Assembly (NCBI RefSeq): GCF_009914755.1
Contig: NC_060936.1
Length of the DNA stretch: 64,000 bases
Direction: 5' to 3' (one strand)
Source of the DNA: the human T2T-CHM13v2.0 reference genome, Homo sapiens
Shown: positions 21,252 to 34,080 of the stretch, piece by piece
How positions within the stretch are numbered: position 1 is the first letter of the stretch
How the letters are laid out: each line of letters opens with the position of its first letter
Made by a program: the position numbers and the translations under genes
The notes under the pieces: model-generated
Told to the model about the DNA's origin: nothing
The model's input: the letters and a program-made list of their open reading frames with translations, nothing else
The model's database searches: none

Positions 21252-21668
21252 AAATTGAATCTTATTTCCTATCCTAAGACAGAAAAACTGTCACAAAAAT
21301 CAGTTATCAATTCTGGATTTTCAGGAATGCATTGTCAGGATAGATTGTTAGAACTATTTATTGAAGGTAGGTAGCTATGTTCTGTACAATTTTTTGACCA
21401 TTATTTCCTGATAAAATAGAGTGGTTCTGTTTCCTGGAAGCTGTCATTGGTTGACATTTTCTACTTGTTGTTAAACAACTGGTTTTTAAGATGACCCTCA
21501 AAATTCTATTTATCCAGCACTACAATTTGCCAAAAGTGGGCTTACACATAAAATTTGCTTTTCTCTACCCTCCATTTCCAACTGTATAGTTTCATTCGCA
21601 GATTAGCTTCTATGGCTTTCTTTTATCTGTCCCAGCCCATATTTCCAATCTTATTTCCCATTATTCCT

Positions 21669-22498
21669 TGTGGTAGGCAGCTTCTAGGATAGGCCCCAAT
21701 AAATCACCACCTGCTGGTATTCATACATATTTGTAATCCCCTCTCCTTGAATATGGGCTGGACCTAGTGATGCACTTCTATGTGGCAAAAGTGATGGCAT
21801 GTCACTTCTGAGGCTAGGTTACAAAAAGACAGACTGGGCGTGGTGGCTCATGCCTGTAATCCCAGCAATTTGGGAGGCCGAAGAGGGTGGATCACCTGAG
21901 GTCAGGAGCTTGAGACCAGCCTGACCAACATGACGAAATCCCGTCTCTACTAAAAATACAAAAATTAGCTGGGCATGGTGGTGCATGCCTGTAATCCCAG
22001 CTACTCGGGAGGCTGAGGCAGGAAAATGGCTCGAACCTGGGAGGCGGAGATTGCGGTGAGCCGAGTTCACGCCATTTCACTCCAGCCTGGGCAACAAGAG
22101 CGAAACTCCTTCAAAAAAAAAAGAAAAAAAAGGACTGTGGCTTCTATCTTGTTCTCTTGTTCACTTTCTCTGGTTCACTCCTTCATCTGCTTTGAAGGAA
22201 ACAAGCTGCCATCTTGCGAGCTGTCCTATGGAGAGGCCCACATGTCAAGGAATGGGTGTTTCTGGCAACTACCAGGTAGAACCTGTGGCCTGCCAATAGT
22301 CATATGAGTAAGTGTGGAAGCAGATTCCACCCATTTGAACTTTGAGATGACTGTAGTCCCAGCTAATACCTTAGCCAGAGGACCAGATAAGCTCAGCCCA
22401 GATTTCTGACCCACAGAAACAAGTGATAACAAATGTTTATTGTTTTAAGCCACTACATTTTGGCACATTTTATTACTCAGCCATAGATAACCAATATA
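21669..22498 (+). mobile_element. MLT1 (MLT1F/E-like) MaLR LTR interrupted by an Alu
   Basis: tgtggtaggcagcttctagg start; ccacagaaac...ttgttttaagccactacattttgg...gccatagataaccaatata end. Confidence 0.75.
21832..22131 (+). mobile_element. AluS (Sp/Sq-like)
   Basis: Full dimer, ctgaccaacatg and gggcaacaagagcgaaactcc, A-tail. Confidence 0.93.
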
Positions 22499-23479
22499 TT
22501 CCCCTTCATATACCCTATGCTTTTGCCAATATATGTTGCTCAGTGTTCTCAATATAAACTGTTTTCCATTTAAACCATTTCTGCTACTCGGAATGTTCTT
22601 CATACCTCCTCTTCCCTGCCACTATATATTTAAATTATATCCTTCCTTTGAAGCCCAGCTTAAATATCACAACTTGTATCAGCTCCTCTTTATTTGGTGA
22701 TCCCATTTGAAACCGATCTCACTTTACTTTCAACTTAGTGCTTTATAAATATCCTTTTTTTTTGGTGACACTTCTTTTCCTGTTGTCTACATATTAGATT
22801 TGATGTTAGTGTCTTTGCAGGGCAGCCTCTTGCTAATTACACCCAGTCCAGTTACTTGTAAAAATAAGGCACTTTTTGAATATATAAATGAATTAAATAC
22901 TTTTTTCTTTATAGTACTTATCACCACCTGAAATTATGTTAAATATGTTTATTTATTTACTTTTTCATTGTTTGTCTCCCTCACTAGAACGTAAGTGCAC
23001 AAGGGCAGGGATTTAATCAGCTTTGATCACTGCTAGTTCCAGCACCTGAAATAGCTCCTGACAATACATGTGCTGAATGAATAAATACAGGGTAAATAGT
23101 TTTGAGTTTCTCAAGAACCAAGAGAAACCTATTATATGTTATGTTTAAAGGGCATCTATCCTATCCCTTACTGCCTAAAGCAGAACTCTTGATTTCTCTA
23201 TCAAAACTATTTTTCCTCGAACCTTTCCAAGTCAGAATAACACCATGATTCATAAGGGAGCTCAGGCCCCAAACCAAGGAACCATGTTGAGTCCTCCTTT
23301 TCCTCAAATAACCAACCCATCACCAAGTCATGAGGGCTCTGCCTCCACATATATTCAGAATTCTGTTGCTTCTCACCATCTGCATTGCTCTGGCCCTAGT
23401 GAGACTATCATCTCTCTCAAGACATCTCCTGAATCATAGCCTAACTCATGTGTGGGTTTCCATTCGTGGTGCTCACACA

Positions 23480-23626
23480 CAGTCCATTCTCTGTGAGTCA
23501 TTTAGTAGCCATATTGGTAATCGGATTGAAAAAACAGTACATAAAGGGTTTGGTACTATCCGCAGTTTTAGGCATCCACTGAGGGTCTTGAAATGTATTT
23601 CAAGCAGATAAGGGAGAACTACTGTA
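23480..23626. mobile_element. MER44/Tigger7 fragment within L2 remnants (~22900-23930)
   Basis: agggtttggtactatccgcagttttaggcatccactgagggtcttg...gataagggagaactactgta. Confidence 0.65.
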
Positions 23627-24036
23627 TCTTTATGCAGCTCCCTTCTTATCATTTAGATCTTATCTTAAATGTTACTGACTCAAAAAAATCTTCTTTGGCC
23701 ATTCCAGCAAAAGTTGCTCCTTGGACTCAAGCTCCATTCCCCACTGTCCTATTTTATTTTTTAGTGCAATGTGTGAAAACACATTATTTGTTTGTTTGCT
23801 TATGATCTTCTGCAACATTAACTCCATGAGGAAAAGACTGGTTTGGCTCATTATTAAATGAATCTTCAGTGCCTAAAACAGTGCCTGATACATAAAAAGT
23901 GTTCAATAAGTGCTTGTTGATTTAGTACTTTCAACTTTTTCCCTCAATGCCTAGCACAAAATAAACTCTGAATCCATATTTGTTGCAATGCCTTGATGAT
24001 AGAAAAGACAGTATTTTTTTTCTCAGACCCAGTCTT

Positions 24037-24270
24037 GTCTTGTCTTTTCCTTCCCTCCCTCCCTCCCTTTTTCTTTTTTCTTTTCTTTTCTTTCCCTTTC
24101 TCTTTTCTTTTCTCTTTCTCTCTTTCTTTCTTTTCTCACTCTGTTGCCCAGGCTGGAGTGCAGTGGCACCATCTTGGCTCACTGCAACCTCTGTCTCCTG
24201 GGTTCAAGCTATTCTTGTGCCTCAGCCTCCCTACAGCTGGGATTACAGACATGCGCCACCATGCCTGGCA
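24037..24270 (-). mobile_element. Alu right-monomer (FRAM-like or truncated) with tail expanded into (CTTT)n/(CCTT)n
   Basis: 14-bp TSD TCAGACCCAGTCTT at 24023-24036 and 24273-24286. Confidence 0.85.
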
Positions 24271-24529
24271 TTTCAGACCCAGTCTTTTGTAAAACACAAG
24301 CATGAGGATGAATTCCAAGGCTTGCTTTCTAATGGCTTTTTTTCACCTAATTAAATGCCCCTTTGCTATGCACACAGCCTCACTCCTTTGTCTTAGGACA
24401 GTGTTATTCAAAATTCAAGTATGAACACTGGCATTGTGGAGAGATAGTGAAATTACTTTTTCTTTCCTCCATCTCCCTTCAAACCACACCCTTCCCCTTA
24501 TTCCAATGACTTCCATATTTTCTTACTGC

Positions 24530-24834
24530 TTTTTTTTTTTCTTTCTTTCTTTTAAGAGACGGAGTCTCACTCTGTCGCCCAGGCTGGAGTGCAGTGGCGC
24601 GATCTCGGCTCACTGCAAGCTCTGCTTCCCAGGTTCACACTGTTCTCCTGCCTCAGCCTCCTGAGTATCTGGCACTACAAGTGACCGCCACCACGCCCGG
24701 CTAATTTTTTGTATTTTGAGTAGAGACGGGGTTTCACTGTGTTAGCCAGGATGGTCTCAATCTCCTGACCTCGTGATCTGCCTGCCTTGGCCTCCCAAAG
24801 TGCTGGATTACAGGCACGAGCCACTGCGCCCAGC
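24530..24834 (-). mobile_element. AluY-like
   Basis: gcaagctc, ttagccaggatggtctc and ctcctgacctcgtgat diagnostics. Confidence 0.92.
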
Positions 24835-24889
24835 TTCTTATGTATTTAACTTAATTTTTTTCCTCAAATAGTGAAGACTGGAGAATAAT

Positions 24890-25345
24890 TAAATGTTTAA
24901 AATTGGCTAATAAAAATTGTATCTATCATGTACAACACGATGTTTTGAAATATGTATACACTGTGGAATGGTTAAATCGAGCCAAATAACATAGGCATTA
25001 CCTCACATACTGATTTTTTGTGGTGAGAACAGTTAAAACCTATTTTCTTAGCAATTTTCAAAATACAATACATTGTTATTAACTATAGTCACCATGTTGT
25101 ACAATAGAGCTCTTGAACTCATTCCTCCTATCTAACTGAAATTTTGTTATCTTTTGACCAACATTTCCCCAAACCTCCTCCCCTCCACTCCCTCAGTCTT
25201 TGGTAACCATCATTCTATTCTTTACTTCTATGAGTTTGAGTGTTTCCGGTTCCACATACAAATAAGATTATGTGATTTGTCTTTCTGTGCCTGACTTTTT
25301 TCCACTTAGCATAATGTTCTTGAGGTTCATCCATGTTGTTGCATT
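24890..25345 (-). mobile_element. L1MA/L1MB 3' end fragment
   Basis: caatacattgttattaactatagtcaccatgttgtacaataga ... ggttcatccatgttgttgca. Confidence 0.8.
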
Positions 25346-25574
25346 TCCATATTTTTAATATTAATCTTTCCAGGTGCCTGAGGAAATTCTTGTCTCAACT
25401 CTTTTTTTCTTTTTATCATTTTGTATATATTATTCTTGGGATCATATTTAGAAAGTGCTTGATAAATGAACGGTTGTATTCAATCTTGTAAGATAGCTCT
25501 CAAGTCTAAAGCAACAGTACGGACTCTGGGAGTGCTTTGCTGACTTTGGCATGTTTTTCTGGTGTTGACAGATA

Positions 25575-26095
25575 CTCTATTAGATATCAATTGCTATGTA
25601 ACAAATTATTCCAAGACTTAGTGTCTGAAAGCAACAATAATTTATTATCTCTCGAAGTGTCTATGAATCAGGAATTCAAGAGCAGCTCTGTTGGGTGTTC
25701 TGGCTTTAAGTCTTTAATGAGGTTGCAGTCAGCTGTGAGAGGGCTCTAGTCATCTGATGGCATGACTGGGGCTGGAAGATCTTCCAAGGTCATTCACATG
25801 TTGGTAAGTTGGTGCTGGCTGGTTGCTTCCTCTCCAAGAAGGTGTCTGCACAACCCTGACTGAATGTCTTCATGACATGGCAGCTGGCTTATCCCAGAGC
25901 AAGTTAGCAAGAAAGAGCAAGGCAGAAGCTGCAATGCCTTTATGAACTAGCCTTGGAAGTCACACTTTATCATTTCTACCATATTCTATCAGTCACAAAG
26001 GCAAGCCCTGATTCAACATAGAAGGGGACTACACAAGGGAGTGCATACCAGGAGGTAAGCATCACTGGGGGCCATTTTGGAGGCTGGCTACCACA
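25575..26095 (-). mobile_element. MLT1 MaLR LTR
   Basis: attgctatgtaacaaattattccaagacttagtg ... gggggccattttggaggctggctaccaca. Confidence 0.75.
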
Positions 26096-26119
26096 GAGAA
26101 GTTGTCAGCAGCAAGAATA

Positions 26120-26140
26120 TTTTTATTTTATTATTTTATT

Positions 26141-26185
<45 letters not shown>

Positions 26186-26455
26186 TTTTACTTTGAGACA
26201 GGGTCTCACTCTGTCGCCCAGGCTGGAATGCAGCAGTGTGATCAGAGAGCCCAGGTTCAGGTGATTCTCCCACCTCAGTCTCCTGGGTAGCTGGGACTAT
26301 AGGCACAGGCCACCACGTCTGGCTAGGCTAATTTTTTGTAGAGACAGGTTTCAGCCAAGTTGCCCAGGCTGATCTCAAACTCCTGGGCTCAAGCAATCCA
26401 CCACCTCAGCTTCTCAAAGTGCTGGGATTATAGGCATGAGCCACTGTGCCCAGCC
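26120..26455 (-). mobile_element. AluJ with (TTTA)n tail
   Basis: (TTTA)n 26120-26190 followed by gagacagggtctcactctgtcgcccaggctgg. Confidence 0.88.
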
Positions 26456-26955
26456 AGAAAACATTTTATGGCAATAAACACAATATGCAATTGAAAGTGG
26501 CTTAAATAATGACACTATCTCACATAATAAGAAGTATGTAGAGAGCACAGTTCTGGGGTTAATTCTTGGCCCTGATACCTCCCTCCAAGACAAAGAGCTC
26601 ATTATATTTTCACTTTGCTTTCTTCAACATGCTGGGGATCTCTCCCATCATGGTCACATGTTGGCTGCAGTGGTTTTAGGGGTCATAGGCAGACAGGACC
26701 ACATCCATTGCAAAAGAAAGGAGCGTCATTTTGTGAGTTAATTTTATTTTGAGAGATAACATTTCCTGGAAATGCTGTTATTGTTGTCTCAGATCCCACT
26801 GGCCAGGACTGGAAAACATAGTAATGCCTAAAAAATATATTATATTGTAAATCCATATATTTGCAAGCATCAGTATTTTGTAAATGCATACCTCATTTTT
26901 CAGCAAGAAAAAGAAAATTAAGGGGCCCACAGAAACTCAGTCTTAAAAAAATTTA

Positions 26956-27262
<307 letters not shown>

Positions 27263-28519
27263 TTTAAAAAAATTTAGTTTTACAGATACTTTAGTACAAA
27301 CATACCCAATTCTGTCAAGACTGAAGAACTTTCCAGGGACCTAGTATCAGAACTCTGTTTCTCCCATCTCCTTCCCAAATAAAAGAGGGGAAATAACGGC
27401 TTGACTAATGACCTTCTTGTGATACTTACCTGTTGGCCTTTTCATTTGACCCTGGAATGGTCTATTTTGCTAGGTGTAGTATATGCCAATGAATGTGAAA
27501 GAAAACAATGGCAGAGAGATGAAGGATTTATAGACAATGGTTCTTTGGCTAGGTAAACTGACACCTGCTAATTACCAATAAGTGTCTTGGAAAGTGAAAT
27601 GTGAAAGCAAAATCACAGATACGATTCTCATATACATGCTTAAGGTTATTCAGAATGTGGTAAGGTCACAGCAACAATCAAGAATTAAGCTAAAAAACAA
27701 GCTGTGTATATTCTTAGTAAAGAAAATAGAAGTTTTATTGAAGTGCTCCATTGTTTTAAAAAATTAAAAATTTCAGATCCTTACAATTTTCCAAAACAGG
27801 ATCATTAAAAAATACCTTTATTTTAATACTTGTTAGGGGTCTTCTTGTCTAAAGAGAAATGACAGTGACTGAAAGAAGGTGTGCTACCCAAAGCACTCGT
27901 AGGCCACGATGAACCTACATTCCTGGCCTTCAGTCAGTTTCCGGATCTTTCTTTGCCCAGGGCTAAGATACTGAAATAACGATTTATTAAAATTAACACA
28001 CCTGCAATTCTGGTTCTTAGATGGGAACCATTTAATATATGGGCTTGGTTCTGAGATCTTTACTCAATAAAACTCCCAACTGTTTTGACTGACATCGTTG
28101 GCACTTCGTGACTGATTAAGGCACCTGCCTCCGGTTCCATGTCACTTCGTCTTGGGACACGTGGCGCTAATGCCACTTTTCAACCCCCCACCCCATTCAG
28201 CGACATTAACCCGGGCGACAGTCCAGGGCTAAACAGTTGCTGAAACAGTTAAATGTGTGTTTTATTGAGGTGAACCACGTACACAACAACCCCCTTTGAG
28301 TGAAACAATTTTGTTGTGTAACCATTTGTCACTTCTACATGGATGAGGTCAACGAAATCCTCAAAGTTGCTGTCTCAGGAATAAATTTTGTTCGTGGTTG
28401 GGAAAACGAAGTGGAGAATGTTATGGGATAGAGAAAATAGCTTATTTTCTCAGTGGTTAAGTGGGAGTGGGTAAAACACAATTGGCCTTGCATGTGCTTT
28501 GTTTAAACGGCGGTGCAGT

Positions 28520-29800
28520 AATTCTAAATGAGAAGACAAGACGCCCATCGTCACCGTCTTCTCCCTTTGTCTCACATTCCGCCCGGAGATGTGGGGGGTC
28601 TCACTCAATGCGGAACGGAGGTGGCGGGGGTGCGGCGCCCCAGAGGCGAAGGCGGAGGCGCCAGGACGCCGCTCCTGGCCTCTCAGGATACCAGCAGGCT
28701 ACACGCAAGGTCGGGGGCAAGGCCGCGTGGCGGCTTGGAGCCGCGCGAAGGAAGCGAGGGCTGGCGGCCCCAGGGCAAAGGGGTCTGGCGGCGCCAGCCT
28801 GGGGCGCTGCAGCGGGCGGGGCGTGCGCAGCGCCGCTCCCCGGAGAGAAAGGAACCTCCGCAATGTCGGGGCCCGGCTGCGACCGGAAAACGGCGGGGGA
28901 AGAGAGAAAAGGAGGAGGGAGGGGGAAAAGGAGGTGGGGATACGAAGGAGCGGGGAGGCGGCGGGCGGGGCCTGCGGCGCGCAGCCCCAGTAGATCTCCG
29001 GAAATTTTCCACTAACGCTCCGAGCGCCAGAGCCGCCCGGGCGCAGCCCGCCTCTGCGCGCCCGCGACCCACGTGACGGTGATTCATTCGGCACCGCCTC
29101 CCCAGCCCGCGCGCGGACTTGGAGCCAAGAGTGGGAGCAGGGGTCGGGGGGAGGAGAAGGTGGAGGAGGAGGCGAAGAGGAGGCGGGGAGGAGGCGGGGA
29201 GGAGGGGGGAAGGGTTCGGGGAGAGGGAGGAGGGGAAGCAGAGGGGACGATGAGGTGCGGAGGCGTTGGCAGGTACCTGGGCCCCGCCGCCCGGGTGTGT
29301 GGGGGTCGGGTCGGGGGTCCAGCAAAGCCCCATCCAGTCGAGCCTGGGCAAGCTGAGAGGCTGTCGGGTGCGCTCCAGTTACGCTCCCCTGCGTCGTGGA
29401 AAACCTAGAGAGCCCTACAGCGTCAGGGCTAATCCCGGGACGCCTCGAGGCCCCGCGGAGTTTTCGCGAACGCGCCGGGCGGTGCAGGGATGTCCTGCTT
29501 GGGAGAGTGCAGGGTTGGAAGCGGGCACGCCCTGTTGGCAGCTGCCGGCGCTTGTGTACGTGGCTGCTGACGTGGAGAACTGTAGCTGTGGAAAGCCTGC
29601 GCCCCAAGGAGGGACGCGGGGGTGCAGTCGCGGCCCATTATCTGTGCCCGGGAAGTCCTGAAGGCTCTAGGAGCTGTCAGATTAAACCCCCAGACCCACA
29701 AGAAAATCCCTGAAGCTTCGGTGAGCGTGGGATTTGGCGTGCAGTTGGTTCCGTATGGTTCCCCATTAAGACTTGGAAGTCGGCTTACCAAGATTTCCTC
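28520..29800. promoter_or_regulatory. Second CpG island, promoter of a plus-strand lncRNA
   Basis: Dense CpG/GC region with GC boxes, ETS-like CCGGAA, CACGTGAC and a purine-rich tract; plus-strand donors CAG|GTACCT (after 29272) and TCG|GTGAGC (after 29720). Confidence 0.93.
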
Positions 29801-31637
29801 TTACCCTTCGGCTGTGTTGAGTAGATATTACACAGACACCCCGCCCATGACTCTGCTCTTGCAGGAAAACATTTATTTCAAAAATACTGCAACGGTTTCA
29901 TCTCTCATGTCCTTTTAGGTTCTTTCTAGTAATTGTGAACTTTTCCTCTCAAGTCATTCCATCAAAGTCTTGGAAGCAAATGAAAAAAACATACTACCCT
30001 GAAATAGAGTTCACATCTTTCTTTACCAACTTGCCTTTCCCAGGAAGACATCGTGGTGGGTTTGCAGTTCAGGTTTCCTCACAGCCTCTCCTGGGGGTCT
30101 TTTTCCCTCTCTGGTACCTTGAGGCATAGGACAGAAGGGAGCTGCTGAAGTTTCTGGATGTCGCTTATTTTTCACATTTGTTTTAACTTCTTTTGGCCAG
30201 AACTGTGTATTGTTTTCGCATAGATTTCTGCAATTAGAATTATTGTAATTAGAAAGAATAATAATCTTCATATAAGGCTTAGGGTACGCACTACTTTAAG
30301 GTCTTTGTAAATGTGTGCATATTCATTTCTCTCATCAACTCTGAGGTAGGGGCTATTCTTACCCCATTATTGACCTTTTACAAATGAGGAAACTGATGCT
30401 TGGAGAAGTTAGATAACTCGCCCAAGGCCATTCCTTCTCTAAGAGGAGGAACTGGAATTTGACCCCAAACTGTCAGGTAAATCCAATGCTTTGTTCACTA
30501 TGCAATAGAAATTCTTTATTAATAAATTTAATTGTGTTGAAATATTAAGTTTACATTTTGGTGGGATTTTCCCCCTCGTTTTATTAAAGTGGCCTTCCTG
30601 AATTTTATTGTGGAGGGATGTTTAAAGTTAGTTTGGGTAGAAAGCCACACACAATTGTAAAAAGGAAGTCTTATGAAGAAATCATGCATTCCAAGGCAGT
30701 GTTACATTTTTCTTAAAGGGTAGATTATTGAAATATTTGACCTAAGAACTCATTTTTTTTCTCAGGAGAAAGGTTTGTCTTCATACACCTTTAGCCCCGA
30801 GCAAATGGTGAATCCTCCAGGAGAATGACGATGAGGCTTTTTAGTCTTCAGGGTTCGATAAATATATATCGATTGAAATGTATTCAAAAAGTGAATACCC
30901 TTGAAAGGACGATGACATAATGCCAAATGAAAAGGAAATTTCCCAAAGAAACCTAAATAATGGATAGATTTGATAGCAAGATACTACTGGTTTTTTCCTT
31001 CTGGAACCTTCTTTTCTGCACTTGAAACCTTCCCTGTCCAGCCAAGACTGGGTTAGAAGCTCCTTTTGTGTGTTCGTGTGGCACCCAAGGTCTGCCCCTG
31101 TAGTGGTACTGACCACGGTGTATTCTCGTGGCCTGTTCACCTGGCTGTGCTTCCCAGGAGAGTAAGTGCCTGGAAGAGCAGGCATTCTGTCAGGCTCAAC
31201 AGAGTGCAACAGCGTGTCCCCAGGGCTCAGGACAGTTGTTTGTCCTAGAGCTATGGGAGTTATTGAGCTAAGCAATACTTGTTAAAAGCATGAGCTTACA
31301 CAATTGATCAGCCATGTCTTGTTAGGATGTACTGAATTGGAATTTAGCAGAAACTGGGAGAGCAATGTCCCCGTCAGGAAATGTCTGTTCAATCTTGGTC
31401 TGTGTATATCCTACTTACCCACATGTTATTTTGCACATAATAGTTTTTTTGATGTTTATTAAGAACAAAAACAGCCTCTTTAAAATTGTGTGTTCAGTTA
31501 GCTAACTGTATTTCAGCATCCAATTAATAATCAGAGGTTTAATAACTACAGCCTTAATTCTGGCCTCACAATGATAGAATGATAAAATCATAGGTTTTTT
31601 TTTTTTTTTTTTTTTTTTGGCTGAAGGAGATCTTATA

Positions 31638-31850
31638 ACTGCTCTGTCCAATACACAACCACTGGCCACATGGCTATTTGAATGAATTAAAATTAATAAA
31701 ATTGACAATTAAGTTCTTCAATAGGGCATTTTAATTGCTCAGTAGCCACATGTGACTACTTAAATAAAATTAATTTTATTAATTCATTCAAAAATGGACA
31801 GCACTGACAGATAGTTCCATTATTGTAGGAACTGTTATTGGACAGGGCTG
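31638..31850. mobile_element. MER3/MER33-like hAT-Charlie
   Basis: ctgtccaata...ctggccacatggctatttga ... gctcagtagccacatgtgacta ... tattggacagggctg. Confidence 0.6.
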
Positions 31851-31958
31851 ATAAGTTACCGAAGGAAAAAAAACAGGTAAAAGAAGATATTTGAGATAGC
31901 TTAGCATTAGCATTGTTACATACAAAGAACATTACACTCATATTCAAAGTGTCTGCTG

Positions 31959-32005
31959 TTAGGTTGGTGCAAAAGTAATTGCGGTTTTTGCCATTACTTT
32001 TAATG
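31959..32005 (+). mobile_element. Half MADE1 (Hsmar1-derived MITE)
   Basis: TTAGGTTGGTGCAAAAGTAATTGCGGTTTTTGCCATTACTTTTAATG. Confidence 0.9.
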
Positions 32006-33305
32006 AGGAAATATTTCGTATATGATAAACAGTTTTCCTTAGCAGTTGTACCTAAATTAATGCACATTTAAACATATTCAGGAGAATGAATGGTTCAAAA
32101 GGATTCCTTTTTGCATTCCTTTAAAGTGAATACTCATTCCAGTTGATCCTTTGTGAGTTCTATTTTTTTTTCTGTTTAAACATACTGAAATCAACTTGAG
32201 TCACTACACAAGTTTGACATTCATTAGATTTGGCTGTGCTTTTTAAGCTCGCATGATTGAGAAACTAAAATACTCAGTAATGTTGGTAAAGGACAAATGC
32301 CAGATAGTTTTGGACAGACCAAATATATATTTAATGACATCACACATGCAATACAGACAGTTCTCAATTTACAAACACTCTTGAGAAGCAGCCATAGGTT
32401 AAATATAAAACATACTGGGTGTACCTTCTTTAAAATCCTCTTAAGAACAGTACCACCTGGATATCCATTGTATGAACAAATTAGTATTTAAAAATAATAA
32501 AAATAAGTCTTAGAATTAGAGAATGTATAGTTTTGAGCTGTGGAGGCAATAAAGAGGCTGTGTAAAACTCAGGGGGAGTTAGTTGAGGTTATTTCCACAG
32601 TAGAGCAGATTTGCTTAAGTAACCCCCTGACAAAAATAGCTTAGTTCCGCCTCCCCGCAGCATGCCTGCCCCTCCCTGCTGTGTGCATTTCCCCCAGTCC
32701 TTCAGTCGTTAAAAATTTTCCCATTTCATTTATACTCCAGTTTCAGTTCCGTTGATTCAAAGTTTTGGGACTTAGGACAAGTTTGCTAGCTTCTCTGAGC
32801 CTCAGTTTTTTAAACCGTTAAATAGGAATAACAGCATGCTGAGTGCCAAGAATTAAAGAAAAATTTATGTGAAAATATAGATTAGAAAGAAAACTAATAT
32901 AAATGCAGGGGATTATGATCATAATACTCATAAAACTTCAGTACTCCCTGGGAAGATCCAATGGCCGTCAGTCATGTGCACGTGATCAGAATCTGGGCCA
33001 TCATATTTTTTTAAGCAAGTTGATGGCCTGAGGGTTCTTGGCCAGGTGGGAGGAGGCTGCTCTGGGATGTTGAAGAGAGATTTTAAAAAGGAGATGGAAG
33101 GCTGTGAAAACATAGTTCAAATTGGAGGGAGCTTGGGCAGATACCACCTTTTCTTTTAAGGAATGAATGTAATTGCTTGCATTTTGTCTCTACTTCCTTC
33201 CTCTCATTGATTTATTCCGAAGGCTAGAGTTTCTACTTTACATTCTAATTCATCTGACATAGCGTGTTTTTAAAAAACTTAGCATTGCTTGCTTTGATTT
33301 TCCAG

Positions 33306-33531
33306 TTGACTTTTGCTGATGGAGCCTCTCTGAAGGGCAAATTCAAAGTACAGCTGGGTGCTGCAGCACTGGAGTGCGAACTTGTGGCTGTGGTTATGAA
33401 GGAGCCTCGTCAGCTATGCCTTTAGCCCCTGGTGAAGCAGTGCCAGTCACACTTTGCCAGTCAAACGGAGAGGCAGCAGTAGTAAGACCAGACCAAATCA
33501 AACCAAACCAAGCAAACCACGGGGAATGGAG
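33306..33531 (+). ncRNA. Internal exon of the plus-strand lncRNA
   Basis: Acceptor ttgctttgattttccAG at 33304-33305 and donor GAG|GTAGGT; 226 nt of non-repetitive sequence. Confidence 0.7.
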
Positions 33532-33777
33532 GTAGGTGAATAGCGCCAAAGAGAATGATGGCTCACAACACTTCTAAGCATGGTGCATATATCAGTTCAT
33601 TTAAGCCTTATGATGACCCTATGGGGTCAGTACTATTATCGTTATTATCCCCAACTGAGGCACAGAACAACTGTGTGACTAAGCGACTGTACTCAATGTC
33701 ACACCACTGTTAAGTGATAGAAGTGACATTTTAACTCAGGCAGCTGGATCTGGAGTTTGTCCTCTTAACTACTACAT

Positions 33778-34080
33778 TAGCAATTCTCAAACTTTTGGTC
33801 TCAGGACCCCCTTGCAGTCTTAAAAAGTATTGAGGACCACAAAGAGTTTTGTTTATGTGGACTATATGTGTTGATATTTATAGTAGAAATTAAGACTAAA
33901 AACTTAAAAGATAGTCAATGTATTTAAAAGTAATAACCAACTCACAATATGCTAATATAAATGACATTTAAAAGTGAAAATAGCTATGTTTCTCCAAGTG
34001 CAAAAGGTTGAGAATGGCATCGAAGAATGAAGAATCAAAGAATGGTATCATTTTATAGTTTTGCAAACTTATGCACCATA
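33778..34080. mobile_element. hAT-Charlie fragment following a MIR (~33560-33775)
   Basis: ttctcaaacttttggtctcaggacccc...gaggaccacaaagagttttgtttatgtgg. Confidence 0.55.

Noticed and set aside
27422-27445. U1 snRNA pseudogene (starts ATACTTACCTG)
   Set aside because: Similarity stops after 11 nt (TTGGCC instead of GCAGGGGAG); better read as a minus-strand donor
28461-29918. Long ORFs (up to 302 aa) on both strands of the second CpG island
   Set aside because: Overlapping low-complexity Pro/Arg/Gly/Ala frames are expected in stop-poor GC-rich DNA; no recognisable domain
31959-32005. miR-548 family precursor
   Set aside because: Only one arm of the MADE1 palindrome is present, so no hairpin can form
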